This document shows positions 39,782 to 49,339 of a DNA stretch of 64,000 nucleotides, piece after piece. The translations under genes were made by a program, and so were the position numbers. The notes beneath the pieces were generated by a model. It saw only the letters and a list, made by a program, of their open reading frames with translations. It did no database searches and had not been told where the DNA came from. The DNA lies in the NCBI GenBank assembly GCA_963809485.1, contig CAWEJX010000007.1, positions 640,001 through 704,000 on the forward strand. Direction: 5' to 3'. This DNA comes from an uncultured Acidobacteriota bacterium (GTDB taxonomy: Bacteria; Acidobacteriota; UBA6911). Each line of letters opens with the position of its first letter. Position 1 is the stretch's first letter.

Positions 39782-40064
39782 ATAATCTGCGGACACATGC
39801 ATCGGCATACCAGTCCATCCCTGACCTTCTCCCCGTGGCTTCAAAAATTGAAGAGCCAGCAGGCACACCGATATTGACTGCCGATTCCGTTGGGTATAGG
39901 AATATTACCCAGTCGCATACCATGCCGGGAATAGGCTGTTTGACTCCGAAGGCTTTGTTGCAGGGAGTTTTACGCCCACAATATTCGGCAACACTGCTGC
40001 ACGCTGACAAAAGCGCTGCGGAACGCCGATAATTTGCTGCCCGAAGCTCCGGCTTCGAATCAGG

Positions 40065-40340
40065 CTACGGACCTTTTCCCGGCACGCGCCTTAATTCGAA
40101 GACATTGACTACTTCGCAATCGGGGCAGGACACTGTCATGACATTCGGGTCGCTCTGCCAGGGAAACGAGCCGCCGTGCTTGAGCACGAGAGCGAAAGGG
40201 AAGATGGAATTATAGGCCGCCCAGCAGATGCCCCCGGGCGTTTTGTCCCCCAGAATCCATTCATCGCCGATTTGGTGCCCGTTGTGGCAGGGTTGCCGGT
40301 TGCCGATCAACTTGATGGATATATCATAAATTTCAGCCAT
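40065..40340 (-). CDS. TIGR04076-family small Cys protein
   Basis: CHNGHQIGDEW, TPGGICWAAYNSIFP, GGSFPW, SCPD, VFELRR. Confidence 0.85.
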   Translation of the reverse strand: MAEIYDISIKLIGNRQPCHNGHQIGDEWILGDKTPGGICWAAYNSIFPFALVLKHGGSFPWQSDPNVMTVSCPDCEVVNVFELRRVPGKGP

Positions 40341-40448
40341 GGCGTCTCCCTCTGGAATAGCCGAATTATACAGGCAAACAAAACTCTTGATCGTGGATTA
40401 TTAGTTTATGAGGCAAAGACGGGCAGTCGCAGTGGGGGTAATAAAGAC

Positions 40449-40649
40449 CTAAATTCCTTTGCCGTTTCTAAGCAAATGCGCTTCATGCCAGGCCGTGAGG
40501 TTGAGTTCCACCAGAAGCCTGTGATCGGAATCGATAAGGTCCTGCATAATCCGGTGCAGTTGCTCGTCGGAATAATGCGCTATAGGGCTATTGCCAAATA
40601 TCTTCTCAAGCAATGGTTCGCTTGAATCAATCGGTCGCGCTTTTTTCAT
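40449..40649 (-). CDS. Small hypothetical protein
   Basis: 66-aa ORF MKKARPIDSS... after a purine-rich RBS; no family recognised. Confidence 0.4.
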   Translation of the reverse strand: MKKARPIDSSEPLLEKIFGNSPIAHYSDEQLHRIMQDLIDSDHRLLVELNLTAWHEAHLLRNGKGI

Positions 40650-40928
40650 GCTTCCCCCTTCCCGCCGAATCCCAAAAGGAATGGATGCCTGGGGAATGAT
40701 AAAAAAATGCGCCCAGCTTTCGATGTGACTGTCGTCACGGGAATTTTTCCCTGATATAAACGTGAAAGCGCCGGGTGCCTGCGTGGCTGCAGCCTCGATG
40801 ACCGCGATTGCGCGCCGGATACTCCTGTCTATTAACATATTCTAATTCTTATTTTCCACCATTGCATCCTCCGGCAAAGTTTTCTGATATAATGCGGGCG
40901 TTCGTGATTTTAAGCGTTTGTGTAAGGT

Positions 40929-41129
40929 ATGGCCATGGATTATACCCAGGCGCTCATCGATCAAACGAGACGAAAAGCAAAATACTATCCCTTCAACCGT
41001 CCCAGATTCTGGCTCAAATTGTGGTTTGGCTCGATCGTCCTTATTCTGTCCGCCTACGCGGTTTCCTATGCGGCGCGATTTGTGCTCACTCACCGGGCGG
41101 AGTTCTACGAAATCCTGTCCCGCCTTTAG
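40929..41129 (+). CDS. Small membrane protein
   Basis: One hydrophobic segment; extended -10 TGATATAAT at 40885-40893. Confidence 0.5.
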   Translation: MAMDYTQALIDQTRRKAKYYPFNRPRFWLKLWFGSIVLILSAYAVSYAARFVLTHRAEFYEILSRL

Positions 41130-41289
41130 GGCTGCATACAAGCCCTGCTTGCGCCTGATCCAGCGGGAGGTCCACCGGTTCTACCGGTGAGGCACAAAGC
41201 TATCACCGCATGTAACAGGCACCCCGAGTACCACAAAAGGGAAGCCTCAATAATTTCAATACAAGCGCGATTGGGCCTGATGTATTGTA

Positions 41290-41360
41290 GCGCCGATATG
41301 CGCTGACGCATGCGGGCTTCAGCGTTCGTCGGCGTTATTGTCAGCGTAGGTCAGCGTTTG
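41290..41360. repeat. Short tandem/palindromic cgctgac/cgccgat repeat cluster
   Basis: gcgccgatatgcgctgacgcat...cagcgttcgtcggcgtt...gtcagcgtaggtcagcgttt; the same unit occurs at 43210-43250, 51808-51860 and inside the P and R3 elements. Confidence 0.6.
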
Positions 41361-41381
41361 AAATCCTGGAGGAATGCTTAA

Positions 41382-43196
41382 ATGAAACAAACAATCCCCG
41401 TGCTGATAATGTTTGTGGTTTCCGTTTCAGCGTCATCGATGGTTTTGAGTGAAGACCGGGTAAAGGCGGGCACGCCCTTCAATGCCTACCTGGCGATAGT
41501 GGAACAGCGGGGAATGGTTGAAAAGCCGGCAGCCCGACGCGGAGCATCCAGGCTTGGCAGGGTCCGCGCAACGGCCCAGACCGCCGGCAAGGAGTTGACG
41601 AATCTCCGGGCCAGCGTTTCGGGCCTGGAAGTCGGCCTGGGCAATGAAACGGGCACGAACACCTGGTACGGTGAATATGCCGGCAGCGCCGGCGGCGGGA
41701 GCTATAATTCCTACTTTGGCCAGTACTCCGGCTATAGCAACACCGGCAACAGCAATTCCTTTTTTGGCAACAGTGCGGGCTACAACACCACCACAGGCCA
41801 GTACAATACTTTCGTCGGCGATTACGCCGGGGCTATGAATGTTGTCGGCAATGACAATGTGTTTGCAGGCTTCTCCTCCGGCTCCAACAGCACTGTAAGC
41901 GGCAATACATTTGTCGGTTCGGAAAGCGGCATCAATAACACTACCGGAGAATATCTTGCGTTTTTCGGATACCAGGCAGGCTACGCCAACATAACCGCAA
42001 GCGACAACACCTTCTTCGGATATCAGGCAGGATCGGCCACGACGGAAAGCTACAACGCGTTTGTCGGAAGCAGGGCCGGGGACGAAAACACCATCGGATC
42101 ATTTAACAACTTTTTCGGAGCGGATGCCGGCGACCACAACACGGAAGGCTACGACAACTCGTTTTTTGGCGATTGGGCCGGCCTGTCCAACACAACAGGT
42201 TACGAAAACTCCTTTTTCGGATCAGGAACCGGGGCCAGCAACACTACGGAATACGGCAACAGCCTTTTTGGCGCCTACAGCGACACATCCCCGGGAATCA
42301 CAAACGCCACCGCGATCGGATATTGCTCCAGTGTGACTCAAAGCAACAGCCTCGTGCTCGGGGGCGTCAACGGCCAGAACTGCTCCGAAGCAGAAACCAT
42401 GGTCGGGATCGGTGTCACGAACCCGGACCGGCAGTTGACGGTTGAGGGCACCCAGGCAATAGGAAGATTTCGGAGGTATTATGGAACGGAGGATACCTTC
42501 AGCCGAACGTTTGCGCCGGCGTTTCTGTTCGAACGTGCCCGCCCGACCCAGGCCTCGCCAACCGATATTCAGGGAGGGGACTACCTCGGCAAAGTACAGT
42601 TCCGGGGATTGGTGGGCGGCGCCCCCAGGGAATATGGCGCGATGGCCTTCATTGCCGGCGACACGAGCCAGAACGGGCGCTTTGCTTTTCTGGACCGCGA
42701 TATCACCACGGAAAGAGTCAGCATCCTGAATACCGGGAACGTCGGCATCGGCACGACCGCGCCCGAAGAGCGTCTGCACGTCGTCGGGAACATCCGGCTG
42801 ACCGGGGACATCACCTCCAGCGCCCTGGACCACGATGTCCCCGACTATGTCTTCGAGCCGGATTACGCACTGATGCAATTCGACGAGCTGGAGAAGTTCA
42901 TTGCCCGGGAGAAACACCTGCCCAATATCCCCTCTGCCGCAGAGATCAGAGACAAGGGGCTGAACCTGAGCGAATTCCAGCTGAAGCTGCTCGAAAAGAT
43001 TGAGGAACTGACGCTCTACACGATGCAGCAGGCCAAAACCATTCAGAAAAGCCAGGCCGTCATTGAGCGGAACAACGCCGCGCTCGAGCATCACAGGGAG
43101 ATGCTGGAGCAGAAAGATTTCAGTATCAGGCTTCTTCAGTCCCGCCTGGCTTTACTGGAGGGAACAATGGAGAAGCTGCTGAACGAAAAACGCTAA
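41382..43196 (+). CDS. Secreted tail-fibre/adhesin-like protein with 14-aa repeats and a C-terminal chaperone-like coiled coil
   Basis: Signal peptide; about 14 N-x-F-x-G-x-x-A-G repeats; GNVGIGTTAP; PDYVFEPDY...EKHLPNIPSA...LLEKIEELTLY. Confidence 0.85.
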   Translation: MKQTIPVLIMFVVSVSASSMVLSEDRVKAGTPFNAYLAIVEQRGMVEKPAARRGASRLGRVRATAQTAGKELTNLRASVSGLEVGLGNETGTNTWYGEYAGSAGGGSYNSYFGQYSGYSNTGNSNSFFGNSAGYNTTTGQYNTFVGDYAGAMNVVGNDNVFAGFSSGSNSTVSGNTFVGSESGINNTTGEYLAFFGYQAGYANITASDNTFFGYQAGSATTESYNAFVGSRAGDENTIGSFNNFFGADAGDHNTEGYDNSFFGDWAGLSNTTGYENSFFGSGTGASNTTEYGNSLFGAYSDTSPGITNATAIGYCSSVTQSNSLVLGGVNGQNCSEAETMVGIGVTNPDRQLTVEGTQAIGRFRRYYGTEDTFSRTFAPAFLFERARPTQASPTDIQGGDYLGKVQFRGLVGGAPREYGAMAFIAGDTSQNGRFAFLDRDITTERVSILNTGNVGIGTTAPEERLHVVGNIRLTGDITSSALDHDVPDYVFEPDYALMQFDELEKFIAREKHLPNIPSAAEIRDKGLNLSEFQLKLLEKIEELTLYTMQQAKTIQKSQAVIERNNAALEHHREMLEQKDFSIRLLQSRLALLEGTMEKLLNEKR

Positions 43197-43275
43197 TTAT
43201 GGCCCCAGGTATCGGCGTGCGTCGGCGTTTGGGTCAGCGTATGTCCGCGTTCAAAAAATCCGGGGACAAGGCCGC

Positions 43276-43938
43276 CTAAAAGCCGTGCCAGGTAGCGATG
43301 CTTTCGAGCGGCTCCCTTTCCGTCCGGAACTGGTTGATCGGATTGTCCCAGTCCGGATAGCCGATCGCAATGCCCAGGAGTGCAATCTTCGATTCGGGTA
43401 TCCCGAGCACCTCCCGCAATATGTCCGGGTATACTACTGCCTGAGCCTGGGCAACGGTTCCCAATCCGTATTGGGTCGCCAGCAGCATGATGTTCTCGGC
43501 TACCGCCCCGCAGTCGTATAAAGCCCACACATTCAGGCCCTTTGTCTGATAATAAAATTCCCGCCGGGTGAGGAGATAGATCACCGCCGGCGCTCCATAG
43601 TGCGTGAAATTCTGGACTCGCCGCGAATCCCAGTCCTTTGGTGTTACCAGCCGGTTTTGTTTGTCCAAAACACGAATTCGGGCGGCATAGCGCTCGGGGA
43701 ACTCCGGGGGGCGCGGCACATCCGGTGCGGCGCTGGTCATGAGTTTTGCCAGAAAGCGGGACCTGATTTCGTCCAGTGGTTTGCCGGCTGCAACGGCAAA
43801 TTCCCACGGCTGCGTGTTGGCCCAGGAAGGCGCCCGCAGGGCTTCCTCCAGTATCTTTTTCAAGGTGTCCCGGGAGACCGCGTCCGGTTTGAAGGCGCGG
43901 ATGCTTTTTCGCTGCTGGATCGCTTCGGAAATTTCCAT
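43276..43938 (-). CDS. Nitroreductase-family protein
   Basis: RKSIRAFK, APSWANTQPW, ENIMLLA..YGLGT, IAIGYPD. Confidence 0.92.
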   Translation of the reverse strand: MEISEAIQQRKSIRAFKPDAVSRDTLKKILEEALRAPSWANTQPWEFAVAAGKPLDEIRSRFLAKLMTSAAPDVPRPPEFPERYAARIRVLDKQNRLVTPKDWDSRRVQNFTHYGAPAVIYLLTRREFYYQTKGLNVWALYDCGAVAENIMLLATQYGLGTVAQAQAVVYPDILREVLGIPESKIALLGIAIGYPDWDNPINQFRTEREPLESIATWHGF

Positions 43939-44037
43939 GACATTTGCCCCCTGACATGATAATTCCCATTCAGATTATGCGCACAGGCATCCTAAAATCA
44001 AAGAAAACATGCTTCCATTCATCGCCGGCCGTCGAGC

Positions 44038-44066
44038 TTGTGCCTTGCCGGGAAGCCGGATATACT
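44038..44066 (+). promoter_or_regulatory. sigma70 promoter for a leaderless transcript
   Basis: TTGTGC-17 nt-TATACT, 7 nt before ATG 44074, with no SD sequence. Confidence 0.6.
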
Positions 44067-44073
44067 CCTCGCC

Positions 44074-44652
44074 ATGGAAACACACATCCCGACACGGCAG
44101 GAAGCTTTGGATATTCTCAACCGGTACAATTCCAACGAGAGCCTTATCAGGCACGCGCTCGCGGTCGAAGCGGTCATGCGCTACATGGCGCGCAAGAACG
44201 GCGAAGACGAAGAAAAATGGGGCGTCATCGGGCTCGTCCACGACCTGGATTACGAGCGGTTCCCGGAAGAGCATTGCCGGAAAAGCCCGGAATTGCTTCG
44301 TGAAGCCGGATGGCCCGACGAATACATACGCGCCGTCGTGAGCCACGGCTGGGGACTATGCTCGGACGTAGAGCCGGTGAGCGTCGTGGAAAAAACCTTG
44401 TACGCGATCGACGAACTCACGGGACTGGTGACAACGGCCGCGCTGGTAAGACCCTCCAAAAGCGTTTTGGACATGGAAGCCGGATCCGTGAAGAGGAAAT
44501 GGAAAGATAAACGATTCGCCGCAGGCGTGAACCGCGAGGTGATAGAAAAGGGGGCCGCGCTTCTCGGCGCAGATCTTACCCAACTCATCACCGATACCAT
44601 CCTGGGAATGCGGACCGTGGCCCGTGAAATCGGGCTCGAGGGAACGCTCTAG
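44074..44652 (+). CDS. HDIG/HD-domain hydrolase
   Basis: HALAVEAVM, GLVHDLDYE, SHG, DELTGL, RPSK, FAAGVNR. Confidence 0.9.
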   Translation: METHIPTRQEALDILNRYNSNESLIRHALAVEAVMRYMARKNGEDEEKWGVIGLVHDLDYERFPEEHCRKSPELLREAGWPDEYIRAVVSHGWGLCSDVEPVSVVEKTLYAIDELTGLVTTAALVRPSKSVLDMEAGSVKRKWKDKRFAAGVNREVIEKGAALLGADLTQLITDTILGMRTVAREIGLEGTL

Positions 44653-44684
44653 AATCGACGGTTGAGATTCAGGGGGACAATAAC

Positions 44685-45296
44685 TTGAGACTGCTTCGAT
44701 CTGCCATGGCTGCGGTACCTGTGCTTCTAATCTGCGCCACGATCGCCAACGCTCAACGCGCCGATTTCTATTTCGCAATGGGAACGGCGCGCGACGATGC
44801 GATCGAGGATTTCATCGACCCTGTCCCCGGCTTTGCTCCGGGCGAGATGGACGGCCTTTTCGGAACCATCGGCGGCGGCTATATGTTCAACGACACCCTG
44901 GGCCTGGGCGGGGAAGCCTCGTTTCGCTTTGCGCAGGGAGACTACGCAGGTTTTGGCTACCGGCCCGTTTTTTACGATTTCAACGGGATCCTGACCCCGA
45001 CGCTCGGCTCGGACCGCGTGATGGCGGAATTCCAGGGCGGCATCGGAGGCCTCAGTTTAAGGGTCTACGGCGGGGAGGAGTACTGCGATTATTACACGGG
45101 CCAGTGCACCAATTATCTCGGCAGCGTCAACCATTTCCAGGTTCACGCCAGCGCGGGGCTGCGCATCTACGTGACGGACAGCATCTTTATCCGCCCCCAG
45201 TTCGACTACCGATACGTGCCGAACCTCAACGAAGAGTTCAAGAGCAACTCGGTTTTCCAGTACACCGTCGCCATCGGCTTCAGCAGCTTCCGGTAG
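44685..45296 (+). CDS. Outer-membrane beta-barrel protein
   Basis: TTG start with RBS; signal peptide; alternating amphipathic strands; GYRPVFYDFNG, IFIRPQFDYRYV. Confidence 0.8.
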   Translation: MRLLRSAMAAVPVLLICATIANAQRADFYFAMGTARDDAIEDFIDPVPGFAPGEMDGLFGTIGGGYMFNDTLGLGGEASFRFAQGDYAGFGYRPVFYDFNGILTPTLGSDRVMAEFQGGIGGLSLRVYGGEEYCDYYTGQCTNYLGSVNHFQVHASAGLRIYVTDSIFIRPQFDYRYVPNLNEEFKSNSVFQYTVAIGFSSFR

Positions 45297-45372
45297 CCCG
45301 CGCGGCTGCGGCGGATGACGGCACAGCATTACCCGCAGCCGCTGTGTCGAGTTTTAACAGGAGCCTCGCGGA

Positions 45373-45765
45373 AGTCAGGTACCTCCGGCAAAGCCGGAGG
45401 CTTGAAGGATTTGAACCGCTCAAAGCGGTTAGAGGAGTTATGCCGGTCTTGAACGCTGACTTACGCGGGCAAAAGCCGATGAGGCGCTTCCGATCCCCGC
45501 AGGGGCCAGCGCTCCGCGCTGGACAGTTTTCTGCGGCGGCACTGTGGCAAGCGCCGTGCGGCAAGGAGATGAAGGGTATGAGAAACCGGGCGTTTGCCAC
45601 AGTGCCGCCGCAGAAAACTCCATTGGAAGCGCCTCATCGGCTTTTGCTCGCCGACCCTCGCCGAACAAATCGGCGTTTGTCAGCGCTTTTATCAGCGTCT
45701 CTCAGCGTTTCAAAATACGGATCTGTCAAACTCTTTGAGTCCCTCGGCAGAGCCGGGGATTTGCC
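45373..45765 (-). mobile_element. Element P, copy E (long form)
   Basis: Near-identical reverse complement of copy A, between convergent genes. Confidence 0.82.
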
Positions 45766-45868
45766 AAAGTAATTACGGATTGGGCGGCGCATGAACAAAT
45801 GCCGGCCTCTAAGGATGCGGTAGAGCAGGGTTTGGATATTTGTGCCTCGAGGGACGTTTGCCATGCCG

Positions 45869-46381
45869 TTACCAGTCTTCACCTATCATGGGCAGGATTG
45901 ACGCGATCCTCAAATTAACCAGCGTGTCAATCCGGTGGGAGAGCTGGAAAAACTGAAACACCCGCCGGGGAGACAGGACCTCGATGAACTTCTTATAATA
46001 TTTCCTGTTCAGGGCGCCTTTCTGTTCGCTGATTTCAAAAACTTTCTCCGCCAGCTCTTTCGCCTTCGCGTCACTCAGGTTTTTTACGTTCGCCTGGTAG
46101 TCCTTAATAAGCGCAATGCTCCGGTCGGTAATCGCGCCCCATTCCCTGTCGTACTCTTTATACAGCGGCCAAAACACCTTACCTTCCGCCTCAGTGAAAT
46201 TCATGGAACCGCTGATGATTTCCTGGGTCTTGGCGCGCAGTTGCGGCGCTCCAAGATCCAGGAAGGCTTTGAGATTGTCGCCGGGGCCCTGCGCCGGCGT
46301 TGTCGAAGGCAGGGCGAACAAAAAAACCGTGAAGAGTCCCATGCAGATTACCATCATCTTTTTGAAGAGGTCCCGTTTCAT
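45869..46381 (-). CDS. Secreted alpha-helical hypothetical protein
   Basis: Signal peptide; MNFTEAEGKVFWPLYKEY motif. Confidence 0.75.
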   Translation of the reverse strand: MKRDLFKKMMVICMGLFTVFLFALPSTTPAQGPGDNLKAFLDLGAPQLRAKTQEIISGSMNFTEAEGKVFWPLYKEYDREWGAITDRSIALIKDYQANVKNLSDAKAKELAEKVFEISEQKGALNRKYYKKFIEVLSPRRVFQFFQLSHRIDTLVNLRIASILPMIGEDW

Positions 46382-46546
46382 GCTCTCAATCCTCCCGTTC
46401 ATAGATAGGATCGCCGGCAATCATATCCGGCATATAGGCGAAATCGCCGGTTGTTTCCCTGGGAATATGCGCTTCTGTTCGTCTGGACGCTATCCCGTTT
46501 TTCAATTATTATACAGCGCATCGATCATTTTGACCGGAGGGATCCC

Positions 46547-47134
46547 ATGGCCTTACGACTTCGCATCTGCATAACCGCTTCCCTTGCGTTGCTCCTGTCG
46601 GATTTCATCGCCATCCCAGTCATGGCGCAGGACGTCAGTACCCAAGTGACTCCCGGCCAGGATTTTTCGAAATTCCGCAGGTACAGCTGGAAGGAGAACA
46701 TGATTGCTCCAAGTGCGCTTCCCGAGGAAAGGAAAGAAGTGGAGAAGAAAATCGTGGATATTGTCACCCGGGAACTCGCCAAAAAAGGCTACACAGAAGA
46801 TTCCCAAAATCCGGATTTCTACATAGAAATCAGAGCCGCCTCAATGCCCACCGAATTGACCACTTCCGCAAATCTCGCCAGGAGGGTTCCGGAAGGCTCC
46901 GACGTTTTCAGTTCCACCTATCCCAATGGACCGGGAGTCAATATCCTTCTGACGATGACGGCAGGCGCCCGCATCACGGTCACCGACAGCACGTCTAACG
47001 CGACGGCGTGGGAAACACTGGTATCCAAGAAATACAAGGACCTGGACAAGGCGAAAAGGAACCTGGACAAGGAACTCGATCGCATGTTCACGAAAGCGTT
47101 CAAGAGCTTCCCGGTCAGGAAGAGCCAATCATAA
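46547..47134 (+). CDS. DUF4136-like periplasmic protein
   Basis: Signal peptide; DFSKFRRYSW, ELAKKGY, NPDF, FKSFP. Confidence 0.75.
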   Translation: MALRLRICITASLALLLSDFIAIPVMAQDVSTQVTPGQDFSKFRRYSWKENMIAPSALPEERKEVEKKIVDIVTRELAKKGYTEDSQNPDFYIEIRAASMPTELTTSANLARRVPEGSDVFSSTYPNGPGVNILLTMTAGARITVTDSTSNATAWETLVSKKYKDLDKAKRNLDKELDRMFTKAFKSFPVRKSQS

Positions 47135-47199
47135 AAATACGATTTGTCGGGATCCTCCGGCAGAGCCGGTACGGGCGGATGAGTGGTTTCCGCCTGATC

Positions 47200-47465
47200 G
47201 GATGGGTCTGGGGAGACCGTCTCAAAACTGCCGGCGAGCATCTTGCGACAGTCGTTTTGGGACCGGCTATGGAGGCCCGTAAATAAATTTTCACGCTGAC
47301 GCACGCCGATAAATGCTGACGCACGCTGAAAAATAATAAATAAATACTATTTTCCCGGCAGCCAATCTTGATTGGGTGAGGACGTCTCTCCAGAGACTGT
47401 CTCAAAACTGCCGGCGAGGATCTCATGGCCGTCGTTTTAAGACAGTCTCTGGAGGCCCGTCCTCA
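47200..47465. repeat. Composite palindromic repeat R3, copy 1
   Basis: Two hairpin units (ctccagagactgtctcaaaac / gttttaagacagtctctggag) flank a cgctgacgcacgccgat core; matches 57140-57438. Confidence 0.8.
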
Positions 47466-47511
47466 GAAAAATATACGGGTCCGGAGACCCGGACTGCCTT
47501 GCAGTCTGCGT

Positions 47512-48027
47512 CTAGCGGTAGGTGCTCCCGGGAGCCTTGTAGGCGCTTGCGAGCGAGATCTCCAGGAAGACGATGGGCTTGGTGACTTTCCTGATGTTCA
47601 ACGGGCAATGGGGCACGTTCGATGGAATCGTGATGCACGAGGTTTGAGTGATTACGTGCTTTTCATGTTCTGCGCCCATCTCAACTTCCACCTCGGCTCC
47701 GAAGTCGGTGATATCGCGCGGGTTGCCGCCTATGAAACACAGGACTTCCTCATTGGGATGCGAGTGCGTCTCCTTGAAAAGAATCGGCTTCGTGACGCAA
47801 TGATACCCCATGCTGACGTTGGCTTTCAGCTCGCCGTTGTGCGAAAGCAGGGAAGTGCCGGTGTACTCTTCCGGGATTACTCTATAGATATCTTTTGAGA
47901 GGATATATTTCCCGTACTTCGATGTATCGGATTTGCCGGCCCCCTGTGAAAATGCACCGGCAAGGCTCAAGGCCAGCAATCCCGCAAAAAGAAATCCCAA
48001 CATCAATCCTGTCATCAGCTTTTTCAT
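47512..48027 (-). CDS. Sec-exported cupin-fold protein (paralog 6)
   Basis: MKKL hydrophobic signal; SKYGKYIL; HSHPNEE...IPSNVPHCP; RBS AAGGAGG. Confidence 0.85.
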   Translation of the reverse strand: MKKLMTGLMLGFLFAGLLALSLAGAFSQGAGKSDTSKYGKYILSKDIYRVIPEEYTGTSLLSHNGELKANVSMGYHCVTKPILFKETHSHPNEEVLCFIGGNPRDITDFGAEVEVEMGAEHEKHVITQTSCITIPSNVPHCPLNIRKVTKPIVFLEISLASAYKAPGSTYR

Positions 48028-48160
48028 GATCTTCCTCCTTAACCGGACCGGTAAAGAGCCCGGTATCGTTTCCGACATTATGGGGCTCATGTCCGCATTA
48101 TGGGTACAGAAAAAAAACTGAATGCCGACGGGCGCCGGCAAGGGCGCCGGGGGACGCCGA

Positions 48161-49285
48161 TTACGGATCCACGGGTGCCGCGAGGATTGTTTCCAGATCC
48201 GAGATCGCCTCCTGAAGCGGCGACGGCGCAGGGTCCAGGGCGGCGGCGCTCTTCAGGTATTCCAGAAATGGCAAGCCCGTATCGGAGGGGATCGTCAATC
48301 GCTCGCCTCGATGAAGGGCAAAAGCTTTGTCACCCTCGATCGCCAGGCAGGCTAAGCGCGATCCATAGGAGGCCGAAAGCCCCACATCGATGAGAAGCAC
48401 CTTCCCTCCGAACCGCGGCATGATGGCCCCTGCAGTCGTCGTGTGGCCGATGACGATGCGGCGCGCCCCGTGCAGATCCAAAAACTGCCGGACATGTTCC
48501 GCGAGAGCCGCTTCCTCTCCGTTTGCGAGACCCCGGTACCAGAGCGGTCCCTCGTCGTCCTGGATCAGTCCGCCTTTGAGGGTGCTCAAATCGTTCATCT
48601 CGTCCCGGATCTTGCTATTGATCAATTCGAAGGGAATGTCACCGTATTTGGGGCTGATGCCTCCGTGGACAAAAATCGTGTCGTTGATTTGAATTACCGT
48701 ATTGTGCGTTCGGATCCACTTGCCGTATTTGCCGTTCGGTCCATACTGGAAGCGGTGTTCGAAGTAGCCCAGGGGGTGCCTATCCTCCCACGCCTTCCGG
48801 TAAGCGTCATCGGGTTTCGCGGCCTGCGCATTGGCCGGATCGGCGGCGAGTTCCTTGAGGTGCGCCTCATACATTGCCTGGCGCACCTTTACCGAGTTGG
48901 CATCGCGGAAGGCGGCGAATTCCTCCGGTGTGACATAGCGCAGATCCCCGTAAATATTCAGCGCCTCATGATTGCCAAGCAAGGCGTGCACGGCGCCGCC
49001 GGAACGGCGCGCCTGCTGCTCGAGGTTCATCAGGAGATCCATGATCTTGCGGCTGTCGGGACCGCGGTCCATAAGATCGCCCGTCTGCACCAGGTGCGTT
49101 TTCCCGCCGCTCCATTTGTTCCGCTCATTCATTACGCCGGCGGAGCGAAGGGCAACCACCAGCTGCCCGTAGTCGCCGTGAACGTCGCCGACGGCAACAA
49201 TCCGGGGCACGCCTTCCCAGGAACTATCGGCCCTGGCCGAGGCGGCGGAAATTAGCAGGCATAAAATAATTACAGTGCGACGCAA
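48161..49285 (-). CDS. Secreted metallophosphoesterase (Shewanella-like PPP phosphatase)
   Basis: Signal peptide ending ARA; GDVHG, QTGDLMDRG, GNHE, FVHGG, GPLWYRG, GHT, IDVGLS. Confidence 0.9.
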   Translation of the reverse strand: MRRTVIILCLLISAASARADSSWEGVPRIVAVGDVHGDYGQLVVALRSAGVMNERNKWSGGKTHLVQTGDLMDRGPDSRKIMDLLMNLEQQARRSGGAVHALLGNHEALNIYGDLRYVTPEEFAAFRDANSVKVRQAMYEAHLKELAADPANAQAAKPDDAYRKAWEDRHPLGYFEHRFQYGPNGKYGKWIRTHNTVIQINDTIFVHGGISPKYGDIPFELINSKIRDEMNDLSTLKGGLIQDDEGPLWYRGLANGEEAALAEHVRQFLDLHGARRIVIGHTTTAGAIMPRFGGKVLLIDVGLSASYGSRLACLAIEGDKAFALHRGERLTIPSDTGLPFLEYLKSAAALDPAPSPLQEAISDLETILAAPVDP

Positions 49286-49339
49286 TAGGTCTGTCTCGCT
49301 TTCCGGTGCGAACAGGATCCCGAAGGATCCGTTCCTTCG

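Noticed and set aside
41382-43196. Prophage or DGR target
   Set aside because: No other phage genes, reverse transcriptase or template repeat in the window.
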